From contig OZ249436.1 of assembly GCA_965235115.1 (NCBI GenBank), positions 24,306,001 to 24,370,000 on the forward strand: a DNA stretch of 64,000 bases, written 5' to 3'. Below the pieces are notes generated by a model that did not search any database, was not told the origin of the DNA, and worked only from the letters and a program-made list of their open reading frames with translations. Below, piece after piece: positions 10,522-24,552 of this stretch (positions are counted from its first letter, which is position 1; each line of letters opens with the position of its first letter). The DNA comes from Laetmonice hystrix (Eukaryota). Position numbers and translations under genes: made by a program.

Positions 10522-13500
10522 TCCGCCACAAGGCAAATTCAGTCAATGCAAGCTGGAAAATCGAATGTCAAACCTAATGCTCCCCCCCCCCAGCACGTTA
10601 ACTGAAAATAATCAACTAGCTTGAAAACTAGAATATAGCTTTGTTAAGCTAACAATCTACTCTCCCAGCGCCATCAACTCGCATACAGGCGTAAAAGCAA
10701 ACGCACTGCCCCATATAATGCTCCCAGCCTAAAACGATGTTGCAATTAATTTAAAATTAACAAGATGCACTAGTAATCCGATCCAAGCCTAATTACGTCA
10801 TTGCTAGTTTCATAACCAAATCTCACAGAAAATACCCCACCCGCGCACATAACCTGAAAATATTCAACTTTTATCTCCAATGTATCCCTGTGCACCTAGT
10901 AGCACCCAAGCGGGCCCAATTTTGACATTCCAACACAAATACCGCAAATACCCGCCTAATGGCACAAAAAACTTTCTACCCCGTTGCAAGTCACATTAGC
11001 TTGCTGCTTGTCGTAAAAAATGGTGCAGACCATTTCTAAAGTCACAGTACCCCACTCCCGGCCTAATATTACGTTTCAGTATCCATATACGCTGCAAGCG
11101 GCAGGAACTCGAATACAGGCCTAAAAGTAACCCCAGTCTAGCAATATCATACTCTCATGCCATATACGAGCTTGTAATTATCTTTAATTAATGGGCTCCG
11201 CAGCACCAACCCACTGCATTAACATTTGTTTAACAGCTTAACGCACCTTGTAAAAAATTTTCAAGTGCGTAAAAATGCGTGTCCACCTCCACATACTTTA
11301 AACATCACTATACCCACCCAGCGACATTCACTCTAATACACGCCTAAGAGGAACTTCACTGTCCCATTTGATTCTCCAGCACGTATAGGATGTTTCAAGT
11401 AACATTTATCCACGGTCTGGCCCAATAACGTGCAACAAGGCATAGTAAGTCAATGCGACCTCGCATGTCAAACCTAACCCGCCCCCCAGCACATGAGCTG
11501 GAGATATTCAAATAGCTTGAAAACTAGAATATAGCTTTGCTTAATACCATTATACCATCAACTCGCATTACAGGCCTAATGCGAAGCTCCCAGCCTAAAA
11601 CGAGTTTCCAATTAATTTAAAGTTAACAAGATGCACTAATAATCGATTCCAAGCCTAATTAGGCCATTGCTAGTTGGATAACCAAATCTCATACAAAATA
11701 CACCCTCCCGGCAGATGACCTGAGAATATTCAACTCTTATGTCCGATATATCCCTGTCCGCTTAGTAGCACCCAGCCGGGCCCCCATTTTGACATTGCAA
11801 CACCAATACAGCAAGTGCCCAGCTAACAGCACAAATAACAGGATTCAGGGCTTCCTACCACGTTACAAGTCACAATAGATTGCTGCCTGTCGTAAAAATA
11901 TACCAGACCATTTTAAAAAGTCACAGAACCCCAATCCGGCCCTAATATGTCACTCCCAGTACCAATAGACGCTGGAAGCACCATCAACTGAAATTCAGGC
12001 CTAGAACCCACCTCTCTCTACCAATATCATGCACCTAGTCCGTATACGAGGTTGTAATTTACTTTAATCAACGGGCTGCGCCGCAGCAACCCACTCTGGT
12101 CTTTGCAATCTTTTTCAATATGCGTTAACATTTGTGACCAGCTCAACGCGCCTTGTAAAATTTTTCAAAGTGCGTAAAAGTGTGTGTCCACCCCGACACG
12201 CTTTCCAAACCACTATACCCACCGAGCGACATCCACTCAAATACAGGCTTCGACCGATCCTCACTGTGCCAATAATCCGCCACAAGGCAAATTCAGTCAA
12301 TGCAAGCTGGAAAATCGAATGTCAAACCTAATGCTCCCCCCCCCCAGCACGTTAACTGAAAATAATCAACTAGCTTGAAAACTAGAATATAGCTTTGTTA
12401 AGCTAACAATCTACTCTCCCAGCGCCATCAACTCGCATACAGGCGTAAAAGCAAACGCACTGCCCCATATAATGCTCCCAGCCTAAAACGATGTTGCAAT
12501 TAATTTAAAATTAACAAGATGCACTAGTAATCCGATCCAAGCCTAATTACGTCATTGCTAGTTTCATAACCAAATCTCACAGAAAATACCCCACCCGCGC
12601 ACATAACCTGAAAATATTCAACTTTTATCTCCAATGTATCCCTGTGCACCTAGTAGCACCCAAGCGGGCCCAATTTTGACATTCCAACACAAATACCGCA
12701 AATACCCGCCTAATGGCACAAAAAACTTTCTACCCCGTTGCAAGTCACATTAGCTTGCTGCTTGTCGTAAAAAATGGTGCAGACCATTTCTAAAGTCACA
12801 GTACCCCACTCCCGGCCTAATATTACGTTTCAGTATCCATATACGCTGCAAGCGGCAGGAACTCGAATACAGGCCTAAAAGTAACCCCAGTCTAGCAATA
12901 TCATACTCTCATGCCATATACGAGCTTGTAATTATCTTTAATTAATGGGCTCCGCAGCACCAACCCACTGCATTAACATTTGTTTAACAGCTTAACGCAC
13001 CTTGTAAAAAATTTTCAAGTGCGTAAAAATGCGTGTCCACCTCCACATACTTTAAACATCACTATACCCACCCAGCGACATTCACTCTAATACACGCCTA
13101 AGAGGAACTTCACTGTCCCATTTGATTCTCCAGCACGTATAGGATGTTTCAAGTAACATTTATCCACGGTCTGGCCCAATAACGTGCAACAAGGCATAGT
13201 AAGTCAATGCGACCTCGCATGTCAAACCTAACCCGCCCCCCAGCACATGAGCTGGAGATATTCAAATAGCTTGAAAACTAGAATATAGCTTTGCTTAATA
13301 CCATTATACCATCAACTCGCATTACAGGCCTAATGCGAAGCTCCCAGCCTAAAACGAGTTTCCAATTAATTTAAAGTTAACAAGATGCACTAATAATCGA
13401 TTCCAAGCCTAATTAGGCCATTGCTAGTTGGATAACCAAATCTCATACAAAATACACCCTCCCGGCAGATGACCTGAGAATATTCAACTCTTATGTCCGA

Positions 13501-16500
13501 TATATCCCTGTCCGCTTAGTAGCACCCAGCCGGGCCCCCATTTTGACATTGCAACACCAATACAGCAAGTGCCCAGCTAACAGCACAAATAACAGGATTC
13601 AGGGCTTCCTACCACGTTACAAGTCACAATAGATTGCTGCCTGTCGTAAAAATATACCAGACCATTTTAAAAAGTCACAGAACCCCAATCCGGCCCTAAT
13701 ATGTCACTCCCAGTACCAATAGACGCTGGAAGCACCATCAACTGAAATTCAGGCCTAGAACCCACCTCTCTCTACCAATATCATGCACCTAGTCCGTATA
13801 CGAGGTTGTAATTTACTTTAATCAACGGGCTGCGCCGCAGCAACCCACTCTGGTCTTTGCAATCTTTTTCAATATGCGTTAACATTTGTGACCAGCTCAA
13901 CGCGCCTTGTAAAATTTTTCAAAGTGCGTAAAAGTGTGTGTCCACCCCGACACGCTTTCCAAACCACTATACCCACCGAGCGACATCCACTCAAATACAG
14001 GCTTCGACCGATCCTCACTGTGCCAATAATCCGCCACAAGGCAAATTCAGTCAATGCAAGCTGGAAAATCGAATGTCAAACCTAATGCTCCCCCCCCCAG
14101 CACGTTAACTGAAAAAAATCAACTAGCTTGAAAACTAGAATATAGCTTTGTTTAGCTAACAATCTACTCTCCCAGCGCCATCAACTCGCATACAGGCGTA
14201 AAAGCAAACGCACTGCCCCATATAATGCTCCCAGCCTAAGACGATGTTGCAATTAATTTAAGATTAACAAGATGCACTAGTAATCCGATCCAAGCCTAAT
14301 TACGTCATTGCTAGTTTCATAACCAAATCTCACAGAAAATACCCCACCCGGGCACATAACCTGAAAATATTCAACTTTTATCTCCAATGTATCCCTGTGC
14401 ACCTAGTAGCACCCAAGCGGGCCCAATTTTGACATCCCAACACAAATACCGCAAATACCCGCCTAATGGCACAAAAAACTTTCTACCCCGTTGCAAGTCA
14501 CATTAGCGTGCTGCTTGTCGTAAAAAATGGTGCAGACCATTTCTAAAGTCACAGTACCCCACTCCCGGCCTAATATTACGTTTCAGTATCCATATACGCT
14601 GCAAGCGGCAGGAACTCGAATACAGGCCTAAAAGTAACCTCAGTCTAGCAATATCATACTCCCATGCCATATACGAGCTTGTAATTATCTTTAATTAATG
14701 GGCTCCGCAGCACCAACCCACTGCATTAACATTTGTTTAACAGCTTAACACACCTTGTAAAATTTTTTCAAGTGCGTAAAAATGCGTGTCCACCTCCACA
14801 TACTTTAAAAATCACTATACCCACCCAGCGACATCCACTCTAATACACGCCTAAAAGGAACTTCACTGTCCCATTTGATTCTCCAGCACGTATAGGATGT
14901 TTCAAGTAACATTCATCCACGGTCTGGCCCAATAACGTGCAACAAGGCATAGTAAGTCAATGCGAGCTCGCATGTCAAACCTAACCCGCCCCCAAGCACA
15001 TGAGCTGAAAATATTCAAATAGCTTGAAAACTAGAATATAGCTTTGCTTAATACCATTATACCATCAACTCGCATTACAGGCCTAATGCGAAGCTCCCAG
15101 CCTAAAACGAGTTTCCAATTAATTTAAAGTTAACAAGATGCACTAATAATCGATTCCAAGCCTAATTAGGCCATTGCTAGTTGGATAACCAAATCTCATA
15201 CAAAATACACCCTCCCGGCAGATGACCTGAGAATATTCAACTCTTATGTCCGATATATCCCTGTCCGCTTAGTAGCACCCAGCCGGGCCCCCATTTTGAC
15301 ATTGCAACACCAATACAGCAAGTGCCCAGCTAACAGCACATATAACAGGATTCAGGGCTTCCTACCACGTTACAAGTCACAATAGATTGCTGCCTGTCGT
15401 AAAAATATACCAGACCATTTTAAAAAGTCACAGAACCCCAATCCGGCCCTAATATGTCACTCCCAGTACCAATAGACGCTGGAAGCACCATCAACTGAAA
15501 TTCAGGCCTAGAACCCACCTCTCTCTACCAATATCATGCACCTAGTCCGTATACGAGGTTGTAATTTACTTTAATCAACGGGCTGCGCCGCAGCAACCCA
15601 CTCTGGTCTTTGCAATCTTTTTCAATATGCGTTAACATTTGTGACCAGCTCAACGCGCCTTGTAAAATTTTTCAAAGTGCGTAAAAGTGTGTGTCCACCC
15701 CGACACGCTTTCCAAACCACTATACCCACCGAGCGACATCCACTCAAATACAGGCTTCGACCGATCCTCACTGTGCCAATAATCCGCCACAAGGCAAATT
15801 CAGTCAATGCAAGCTGGAAAATCGAATGTCAAACCTAATGCTCCCCCCCCAGCACGTTAACTGAAAAAAATCAACTAGCTTGAAAACTAGAATATAGCTT
15901 TGTTTAGCTAACAATCTACTCTCCCAGCGCCATCAACTCGCATACAGGCGTAAAAGCAAACGCACTGCCCCATATAATGCTCCCAGCATAAAACGATGTT
16001 GCAATTAATTTAAAATTAACAAGATGCACTAGTAATCCGATCCAAGCTTAATTACGTCATTGCTAGTTTCATAACCAAATCTCACAGAAAATACCCCACC
16101 CGGGCACATAACCTGAAAATATTCAACTTTTATCTCCAATGTATCCCTGTGCACCTAGTAGCACCCAAGCGGGCCCAATTTTGACATTCCAACACAAATA
16201 CCGCAAATACCCGCCTAATGGCACAAAAAACTTTCTACCCCGTTGCAAGTCACATTAGCTTGCTGCTTGTCGTAAAAAATGGTGCAGACCATTTCTAAAG
16301 TCACAGTACCCCACTCCCGGCCTAATATTACGTTTCAGTATCCATATACGCTGCAAGCGGCAGGAACTCGAATACAGGCCTAAAAGTAACCCCAGTCTAG
16401 CAATATCATACTCTCATGCCATATACGAGCTTGTAATTATCTTTAATTAATGGGCTCCGCAGCACCAACCCACTGCATTAACATTTGTTTAACAGCTTAA

Positions 16501-19500
16501 CGCACCTTGTAAAAAAATTTTCAAGTGCGTAAAAATGCGTGTCCACCTCCACATACTTTAAAAATCACTATACCCACCCAGCGACATTCACTCTAATACA
16601 CGCCTAAGAGGAACTTCACTGTCCCATTTGATTCTCCAGCACGTATAGGATGTTTCAAGTAACATTTATCCACGGTCTGGCCCAATAACGTGCAACAAGG
16701 CATAGTAAGTCAATGCGACCTCGCATGTCAAACCTAACCCGCCCCCCAGCACATGAGCTGGAGATATTCAAATAGCTTGAAAACTAGAATATAGCTTTGC
16801 TTAATACCATTATACCATCAACTCGCATTACAGGCCTAATGCGAAGCTCCCAGCCTAAAACGAGTTTCCAATTAATTTAAAGTTAACAAGATGCACTAAT
16901 AATCGATTCCAAGCCTAATTAGGCCATTGCTAGTTGGATAACCAAATCTCATACAAAATACACCCTCCCGGCAGATGACCTGAGAATATTCAACTCTTAT
17001 GTCCGATATATCCCTGTCCGCTTAGTAGCACCCAGCCGGGCCCCCATTTTGACATTGCAACACCAATACAGCAAGTGCCCAGCTAACAGCACAAATAACA
17101 GGATTCAGGGCTTCCTACCACGTTACAAGTCACAATAGATTGCTGCCTGTCGTAAAAATATACCAGACCATTTTAAAAAGTCACAGAACCCCAATCCGGC
17201 CCTAATATGTCACTCCCAGTACCAATACACGCTGGAAGCACCATCAACTGAAATTCAGGCCTAGAACCCACCTCTCTCTACCAATATCATGCACCTAGTC
17301 CGTATACGAGGTTGTAATTTACTTTAATCAACGGGCTGCGCCGCAGCAACCCACTCTGGTCTTTGCAATCTTTTTCAATATGCGTTAACATTTGTGACCA
17401 GCTCAACGCGCCTTGTAAAATTTTTCAAAGTGCGTAAAAGTGTGTGTCCACCCCGACACGCTTTCCAAACCACTATACCCACCGAGCGACATCCACTCAA
17501 ATACAGGCTTCGACCGATCCTCACTGTGCCAATAATCCGCCACAAGGCAAATTCAGTCAATGCAAGCTGGAAAATCGAATGTCAAACCTAATGCTCCCCC
17601 CCCCCAGCACGTTAACTGAAAATAATCAACTAGCTTGAAAACTAGAATATAGCTTTGTTAAGCTAACAATCTACTCTCCCAGCGCCATCAACTCGCATAC
17701 AGGCGTAAAAGCAAACGCACTGCCCCATATAATGCTCCCAGCCTAAAACGATGTTGCAATTAATTTAAAATTAACAAGATGCACTAGTAATCCGATCCAA
17801 GCCTAATTACGTCATTGCTAGTTTCATAACCAAATCTCACAGAAAATACCCCACCCGCGCACATAACCTGAAAATATTCAACTTTTATCTCCAATGTATC
17901 CCTGTGCACCTAGTAGCACCCAAGCGGGCCCAATTTTGACATTCCAACACAAATACCGCAAATACCCGCCTAATGGCACAAAAAACTTTCTACCCCGTTG
18001 CAAGTCACATTAGCTTGCTGCTTGTCGTAAAAAATGGTGCAGACCATTTCTAAAGTCACAGTACCCCACTCCCGGCCTAATATTACGTTTCAGTATCCAT
18101 ATACGCTGCAAGCGGCAGGAACTCGAATACAGGCCTAAAAGTAACCCCAGTCTAGCAATATCATACTCTCATGCCATATACGAGCTTGTAATTATCTTTA
18201 ATTAATGGGCTCCGCAGCACCAACCCACTGCATTAACATTTGTTTAACAGCTTAACGCACCTTGTAAAAAATTTTCAAGTGCGTAAAAATGCGTGTCCAC
18301 CTCCACATACTTTAAACATCACTATACCCACCCAGCGACATTCACTCTAATACACGCCTAAGAGGAACTTCACTGTCCCATTTGATTCTCCAGCACGTAT
18401 AGGATGTTTCAAGTAACATTTATCCACGGTCTGGCCCAATAACGTGCAACAAGGCATAGTAAGTCAATGCGACCTCGCATGTCAAACCTAACCCGCCCCC
18501 CAGCACATGAGCTGGAGATATTCAAATAGCTTGAAAACTAGAATATAGCTTTGCTTAATACCATTATACCATCAACTCGCATTACAGGCCTAATGCGAAG
18601 CTCCCAGCCTAAAACGAGTTTCCAATTAATTTAAAGTTAACAAGATGCACTAATAATCGATTCCAAGCCTAATTAGGCCATTGCTAGTTGGATAACCAAA
18701 TCTCATACAAAATACACCCTCCCGGCAGATGACCTGAGAATATTCAACTCTTATGTCCGATATATCCCTGTCCGCTTAGTAGCACCCAGCCGGGCCCCCA
18801 TTTTGACATTGCAACACCAATACAGCAAGTGCCCAGCTAACAGCACAAATAACAGGATTCAGGGCTTCCTACCACGTTACAAGTCACAATAGATTGCTGC
18901 CTGTCGTAAAAATATACCAGACCATTTTAAAAAGTCACAGAACCCCAATCCGGCCCTAATATGTCACTCCCAGTACCAATAGACGCTGGAAGCACCATCA
19001 ACTGAAATTCAGGCCTAGAACCCACCTCTCTCTACCAATATCATGCACCTAGTCCGTATACGAGGTTGTAATTTACTTTAATCAACGGGCTGCGCCGCAG
19101 CAACCCACTCTGGTCTTTGCAATCTTTTTCAATATGCGTTAACATTTGTGACCAGCTCAACGCGCCTTGTAAAATTTTTCAAAGTGCGTAAAAGTGTGTG
19201 TCCACCCCGACACGCTTTCCAAACCACTATACCCACCGAGCGACATCCACTCAAATACAGGCTTCGACCGATCCTCACTGTGCCAATAATCCGCCACAAG
19301 GCAAATTCAGTCAATGCAAGCTGGAAAATCGAATGTCAAACCTAATGCTCCCCCCCCCAGCACGTTAACTGAAAAAAATCAACTAGCTTGAAAACTAGAA
19401 TATAGCTTTGTTTAGCTAACAATCTACTCTCCCAGCGCCATCAACTCGCATACAGGCGTAAAAGCAAACGCACTGCCCCATATAATGCTCCCAGCCTAAG

Positions 19501-22500
19501 ACGATGTTGCAATTAATTTAAGATTAACAAGATGCACTAGTAATCCGATCCAAGCCTAATTACGTCATTGCTAGTTTCATAACCAAATCTCACAGAAAAT
19601 ACCCCACCCGCGCACATAACCTGAAAATATTTAACTTTTATCTCCAATGTATCCCTGTGCACCTAGTAGCACACAAGCGGGCCCAATTTTGACATCCCAA
19701 CACAAATACCGCAAATACCCGCCTAATGGCACAAAAAACTTTCTACCCCGTTGCAAGTCACATTAGCGTGCTGCTTGTCGTAAAAAATGGTGCAGACCAT
19801 TTCTAAAGTCACAGTACCCCACTCCCGGCCTAATATTACGTTTCAGTATCCATATACGCTGCAAGCGGCAGGAACTCGAATACAGGCCTAAAAGTAACCC
19901 CAGTCTAGCAATATCATACTCTCATGCCATATACGAGCTTGTAATTATCTTTAATTAATGGGCTCCGCAGCACCAACCCACTGCATTAACATTTGTTTAA
20001 CAGCTTAACGCACCTTGTAAAAAATTTTCAAGTGCGTAAAAATGCGTGTCCACCTCCACATACTTTAAAAATCACTATACCCACCCAGCGACATTCACTC
20101 TAATACACGCCTAAGAGGAACTTCACTGTCCCATTTGATTCTCCAGCACGTATAGGATGTTTCAAGTAACATTTATCCACGGTCTGGCCCAATAACGTGC
20201 AACAAGGCATAGTAAGTCAATGCGACCTCGCATGTCAAACCTAACCCGCCCCCCAGCACATGAGCTGGAGATATTCAAATAGCTTGAAAACTAGAATATA
20301 GCTTTGCTTAATACCATTATACCATCAACTCGCATTACAGGCCTAATGCGAAGCTCCCAGCCTAAAACGAGTTTCCAATTAATTTAAAGTTAACAAGATG
20401 CACTAATAATCGATTCCAAGCCTAATTAGGCCATTGCTAGTTGGATAACCAAATCTCATACAAAATACACCCTCCCGGCAGATGACCTGAGAATATTCAA
20501 CTCTTATGTCCGATATATCCCTGTCCGCTTAGTAGCACCCAGCCGGGCCCCCATTTTGACATTGCAACACCAATACAGCAAGTGCCCAGCTAACAGCACA
20601 AATAACAGGATTCAGGGCTTCCTACCACGTTACAAGTCACAATAGATTGCTGCCTGTCGTAAAAATATACCAGACCATTTTAAAAAGTCACAGAACCCCA
20701 ATCCGGCCCTAATATGTCACTCCCAGTACCAATAGACGCTGGAAGCACCATCAACTGAAATTCAGGCCTAGAACCCACCTCTCTCTACCAATATCATGCA
20801 CCTAGTCCGTATACGAGGTTGTAATTTACTTTAATCAACGGGCTGCGCCGCAGCAACCCACTCTGGTCTTTGCAATCTTTTTCAATATGCGTTAACATTT
20901 GTGACCAGCTCAACGCGCCTTGTAAAATTTTTCAAAGTGCGTAAAAGTGTGTGTCCACCCCGACACGCTTTCCAAACCACTATACCCACCGAGCGACATC
21001 CACTCAAATACAGGCTTCGACCGATCCTCACTGTGCCAATAATCCGCCACAAGGCAAATTCAGTCAATGCAAGCTGGAAAATCGAATGTCAAACCTAATG
21101 CTCCCCCCCCCCAGCACGTTAACTGAAAATAATCAACTAGCTTGAAAACTAGAATATAGCTTTGTTAAGCTAACAATCTACTCTCCCAGCGCCATCAACT
21201 CGCATACAGGCGTAAAAGCAAACGCACTGCCCCATATAATGCTCCCAGCCTAAAACGATGTTGCAATTAATTTAAAATTAACAAGATGCACTAGTAATCC
21301 GATCCAAGCCTAATTACGTCATTGCTAGTTTCATAACCAAATCTCACAGAAAATACCCCACCCGCGCACATAACCTGAAAATATTCAACTTTTATCTCCA
21401 ATGTATCCCTGTGCACCTAGTAGCACCCAAGCGGGCCCAATTTTGACATTCCAACACAAATACCGCAAATACCCGCCTAATGGCACAAAAAACTTTCTAC
21501 CCCGTTGCAAGTCACATTAGCTTGCTGCTTGTCGTAAAAAATGGTGCAGACCATTTCTAAAGTCACAGTACCCCACTCCCGGCCTAATATTACGTTTCAG
21601 TATCCATATACGCTGCAAGCGGCAGGAACTCGAATACAGGCCTAAAAGTAACCCCAGTCTAGCAATATCATACTCTCATGCCATATACGAGCTTGTAATT
21701 ATCTTTAATTAATGGGCTCCGCAGCACCAACCCACTGCATTAACATTTGTTTAACAGCTTAACGCACCTTGTAAAAAATTTTCAAGTGCGTAAAAATGCG
21801 TGTCCACCTCCACATACTTTAAACATCACTATACCCACCCAGCGACATTCACTCTAATACACGCCTAAGAGGAACTTCACTGTCCCATTTGATTCTCCAG
21901 CACGTATAGGATGTTTCAAGTAACATTTATCCACGGTCTGGCCCAATAACGTGCAACAAGGCATAGTAAGTCAATGCGACCTCGCATGTCAAACCTAACC
22001 CGCCCCCCAGCACATGAGCTGGAGATATTCAAATAGCTTGAAAACTAGAATATAGCTTTGCTTAATACCATTATACCATCAACTCGCATTACAGGCCTAA
22101 TGCGAAGCTCCCAGCCTAAAACGAGTTTCCAATTAATTTAAAGTTAACAAGATGCACTAATAATCGATTCCAAGCCTAATTAGGCCATTGCTAGTTGGAT
22201 AACCAAATCTCATACAAAATACACCCTCCCGGCAGATGACCTGAGAATATTCAACTCTTATGTCCGATATATCCCTGTCCGCTTAGTAGCACCCAGCCGG
22301 GCCCCCATTTTGACATTGCAACACCAATACAGCAAGTGCCCAGCTTACAGCACAAATAACAGGATTCAGGGCTTCCTACCACGTTACAAGTCACAATAGA
22401 TTGCTGCCTGTCGTAAAAATATACCAGACCATTTTAAAAAGTCACAGAACCCCAATCCGGCCCTAATATGTCACTCCCAGTACCAATAGACGCTGGAAGC

Positions 22501-24552
22501 ACCATCAACTGAAATTCAGGCCTAGAACCCACCTCTCTCTACCAATATCATGCACCTAGTCCGTATACGAGGTTGTAATTTACTTTAATCAACGGGCTGC
22601 GCCGCAGCAACCCACTCTGGTCTTTGCAATCTTTTTCAATATGCGTTAACATTTGTGACCAGCTCAACGCGCCTTGTAAAATTTTTCAAAGTGCGTAAAA
22701 GTGTGTGTCCACCCCGACACGCTTTCCAAACCACTATACCCACCGAGCGACATCCACTCAAATACAGGCTTCGACCGATCCTCACTGTGCCAATAATCCG
22801 CCACAAGGCAAATTCAGTCAATGCAAGCTGGAAAATCGAATGTCAAACCTAATGCTCCCCCCCCCCCCAGCACGTTAACTGAAAAAAATCAACTAGCTTG
22901 AAAACTAGAATATAGCTTTGTTTAGCTAACAATCTACTCTCCCAGCGCCATCAACTCGCATACAGGCGTAAAAGCAAACGCACTGCCCCATATAATGCTC
23001 CCAGCCTAAGACGATGTTGCAATTAATTTAAGATTAACAAGATGCACTAGTAATCCGATCCAAGCCTAATTACGTCATTGCTAGTTTCATAACCAAATCT
23101 CACAGAAAATACCCCACCCGCGCACATAACCTGAAAATATTTAACTTTTATCTCCAATGTATCCCTGTGCACCTAGTAGCACACAAGCGGGCCCAATTTT
23201 GACATCCCAACACAAATACCGCAAATACCCGCCTAATGGCACAAAAAACTTTCTACCCCGTTGCAAGTCACATTAGCGTGCTGCTTGTCGTAAAAAATGG
23301 TGCAGACCATTTCTAAAGTCACAGTACCCCACTCCCGGCCTAATATTACGTTTCAGTATCCATATACGCTGCAAGCGGCAGGAACTCGAATACAGGCCTA
23401 AAAGTAACCTCAGTCTAGCAATATCATACTCCCATGCCATATACGAGCTTGTAATTATCTTTAATTAATGGGCTCCGCAGCACCAACCCACTGCATTAAC
23501 ATTTGTTTAACAGCTTAACGCACCTTGTAAAATTTTTTCAAGTGCGTAAAAATGCGTGTCCACCTCCACATACTTTAAAAATCACTATACCCACCCAGCG
23601 ACATCCACTCTAATACACGCCTAAAAGGAACTTCACTGTCCCATTTGATTCTCCAGCACGTATAGGATGTTTCAAGTAACATTCATCCACGGTCTGGCCC
23701 AATAACGTGCAGCAAGGCATAGTAAGTCAATGCGAGCTCGCATGTCAAACCTAACCCGCCCCCAAGCACATGAGCTGAAAATATTCAAATAGCTTGAAAA
23801 CTAGAATATAGCTTTGCTTAATACCATTATACCATCAACTCGCATTACAGGCCTAATGCGAAGCTCCCAGCCTAAAACGAGTTTCCAATTAATTTAAAGT
23901 TAACAAGATGCACTAATAATCGATTCCAAGCCTAATTAGGCCATTGCTAGTTGGATAACCAAATCTCATACAAAATACACCCTCCCGGCAGATGACCTGA
24001 GAATATTCAACTCTTATGTCCGATATATCCCTGTCCGCTTAGTAGCACCCAGCCGGGCCCCCATTTTGACATTGCAACACCAATACAGCAAGTGCCCAGC
24101 TAACAGCACAAATAACAGGATTCAGGGCTTCCTACCACGTTACAAGTCACAATAGATTGCTGCCTGTCGTAAAAATATACCAGACCATTTTAAAAAGTCA
24201 CAGAACCCCAATCCGGCCCTAATATGTCACTCCCAGTACCAATACACGCTGGAAGCACCATCAACTGAAATTCAGGCCTAGAACCCACCTCTCTCTACCA
24301 ATATCATGCACCTAGTCCGTATACGAGGTTGTAATTTACTTTAATCAACGGGCTGCGCCGCAGCAACCCACTCTGGTCTTTGCAATCTTTTTCAATATGC
24401 GTTAACATTTGTGACCAGCTCAACGCGCCTTGTAAAATTTTTCAAAGTGCGTAAAAGTGTGTGTCCACCCCGACACGCTTTCCAAACCACTATACCCACC
24501 GAGCGACATCCACTCAAATACAGGCTTCGACCGATCCTCACTGTGCCAATAA

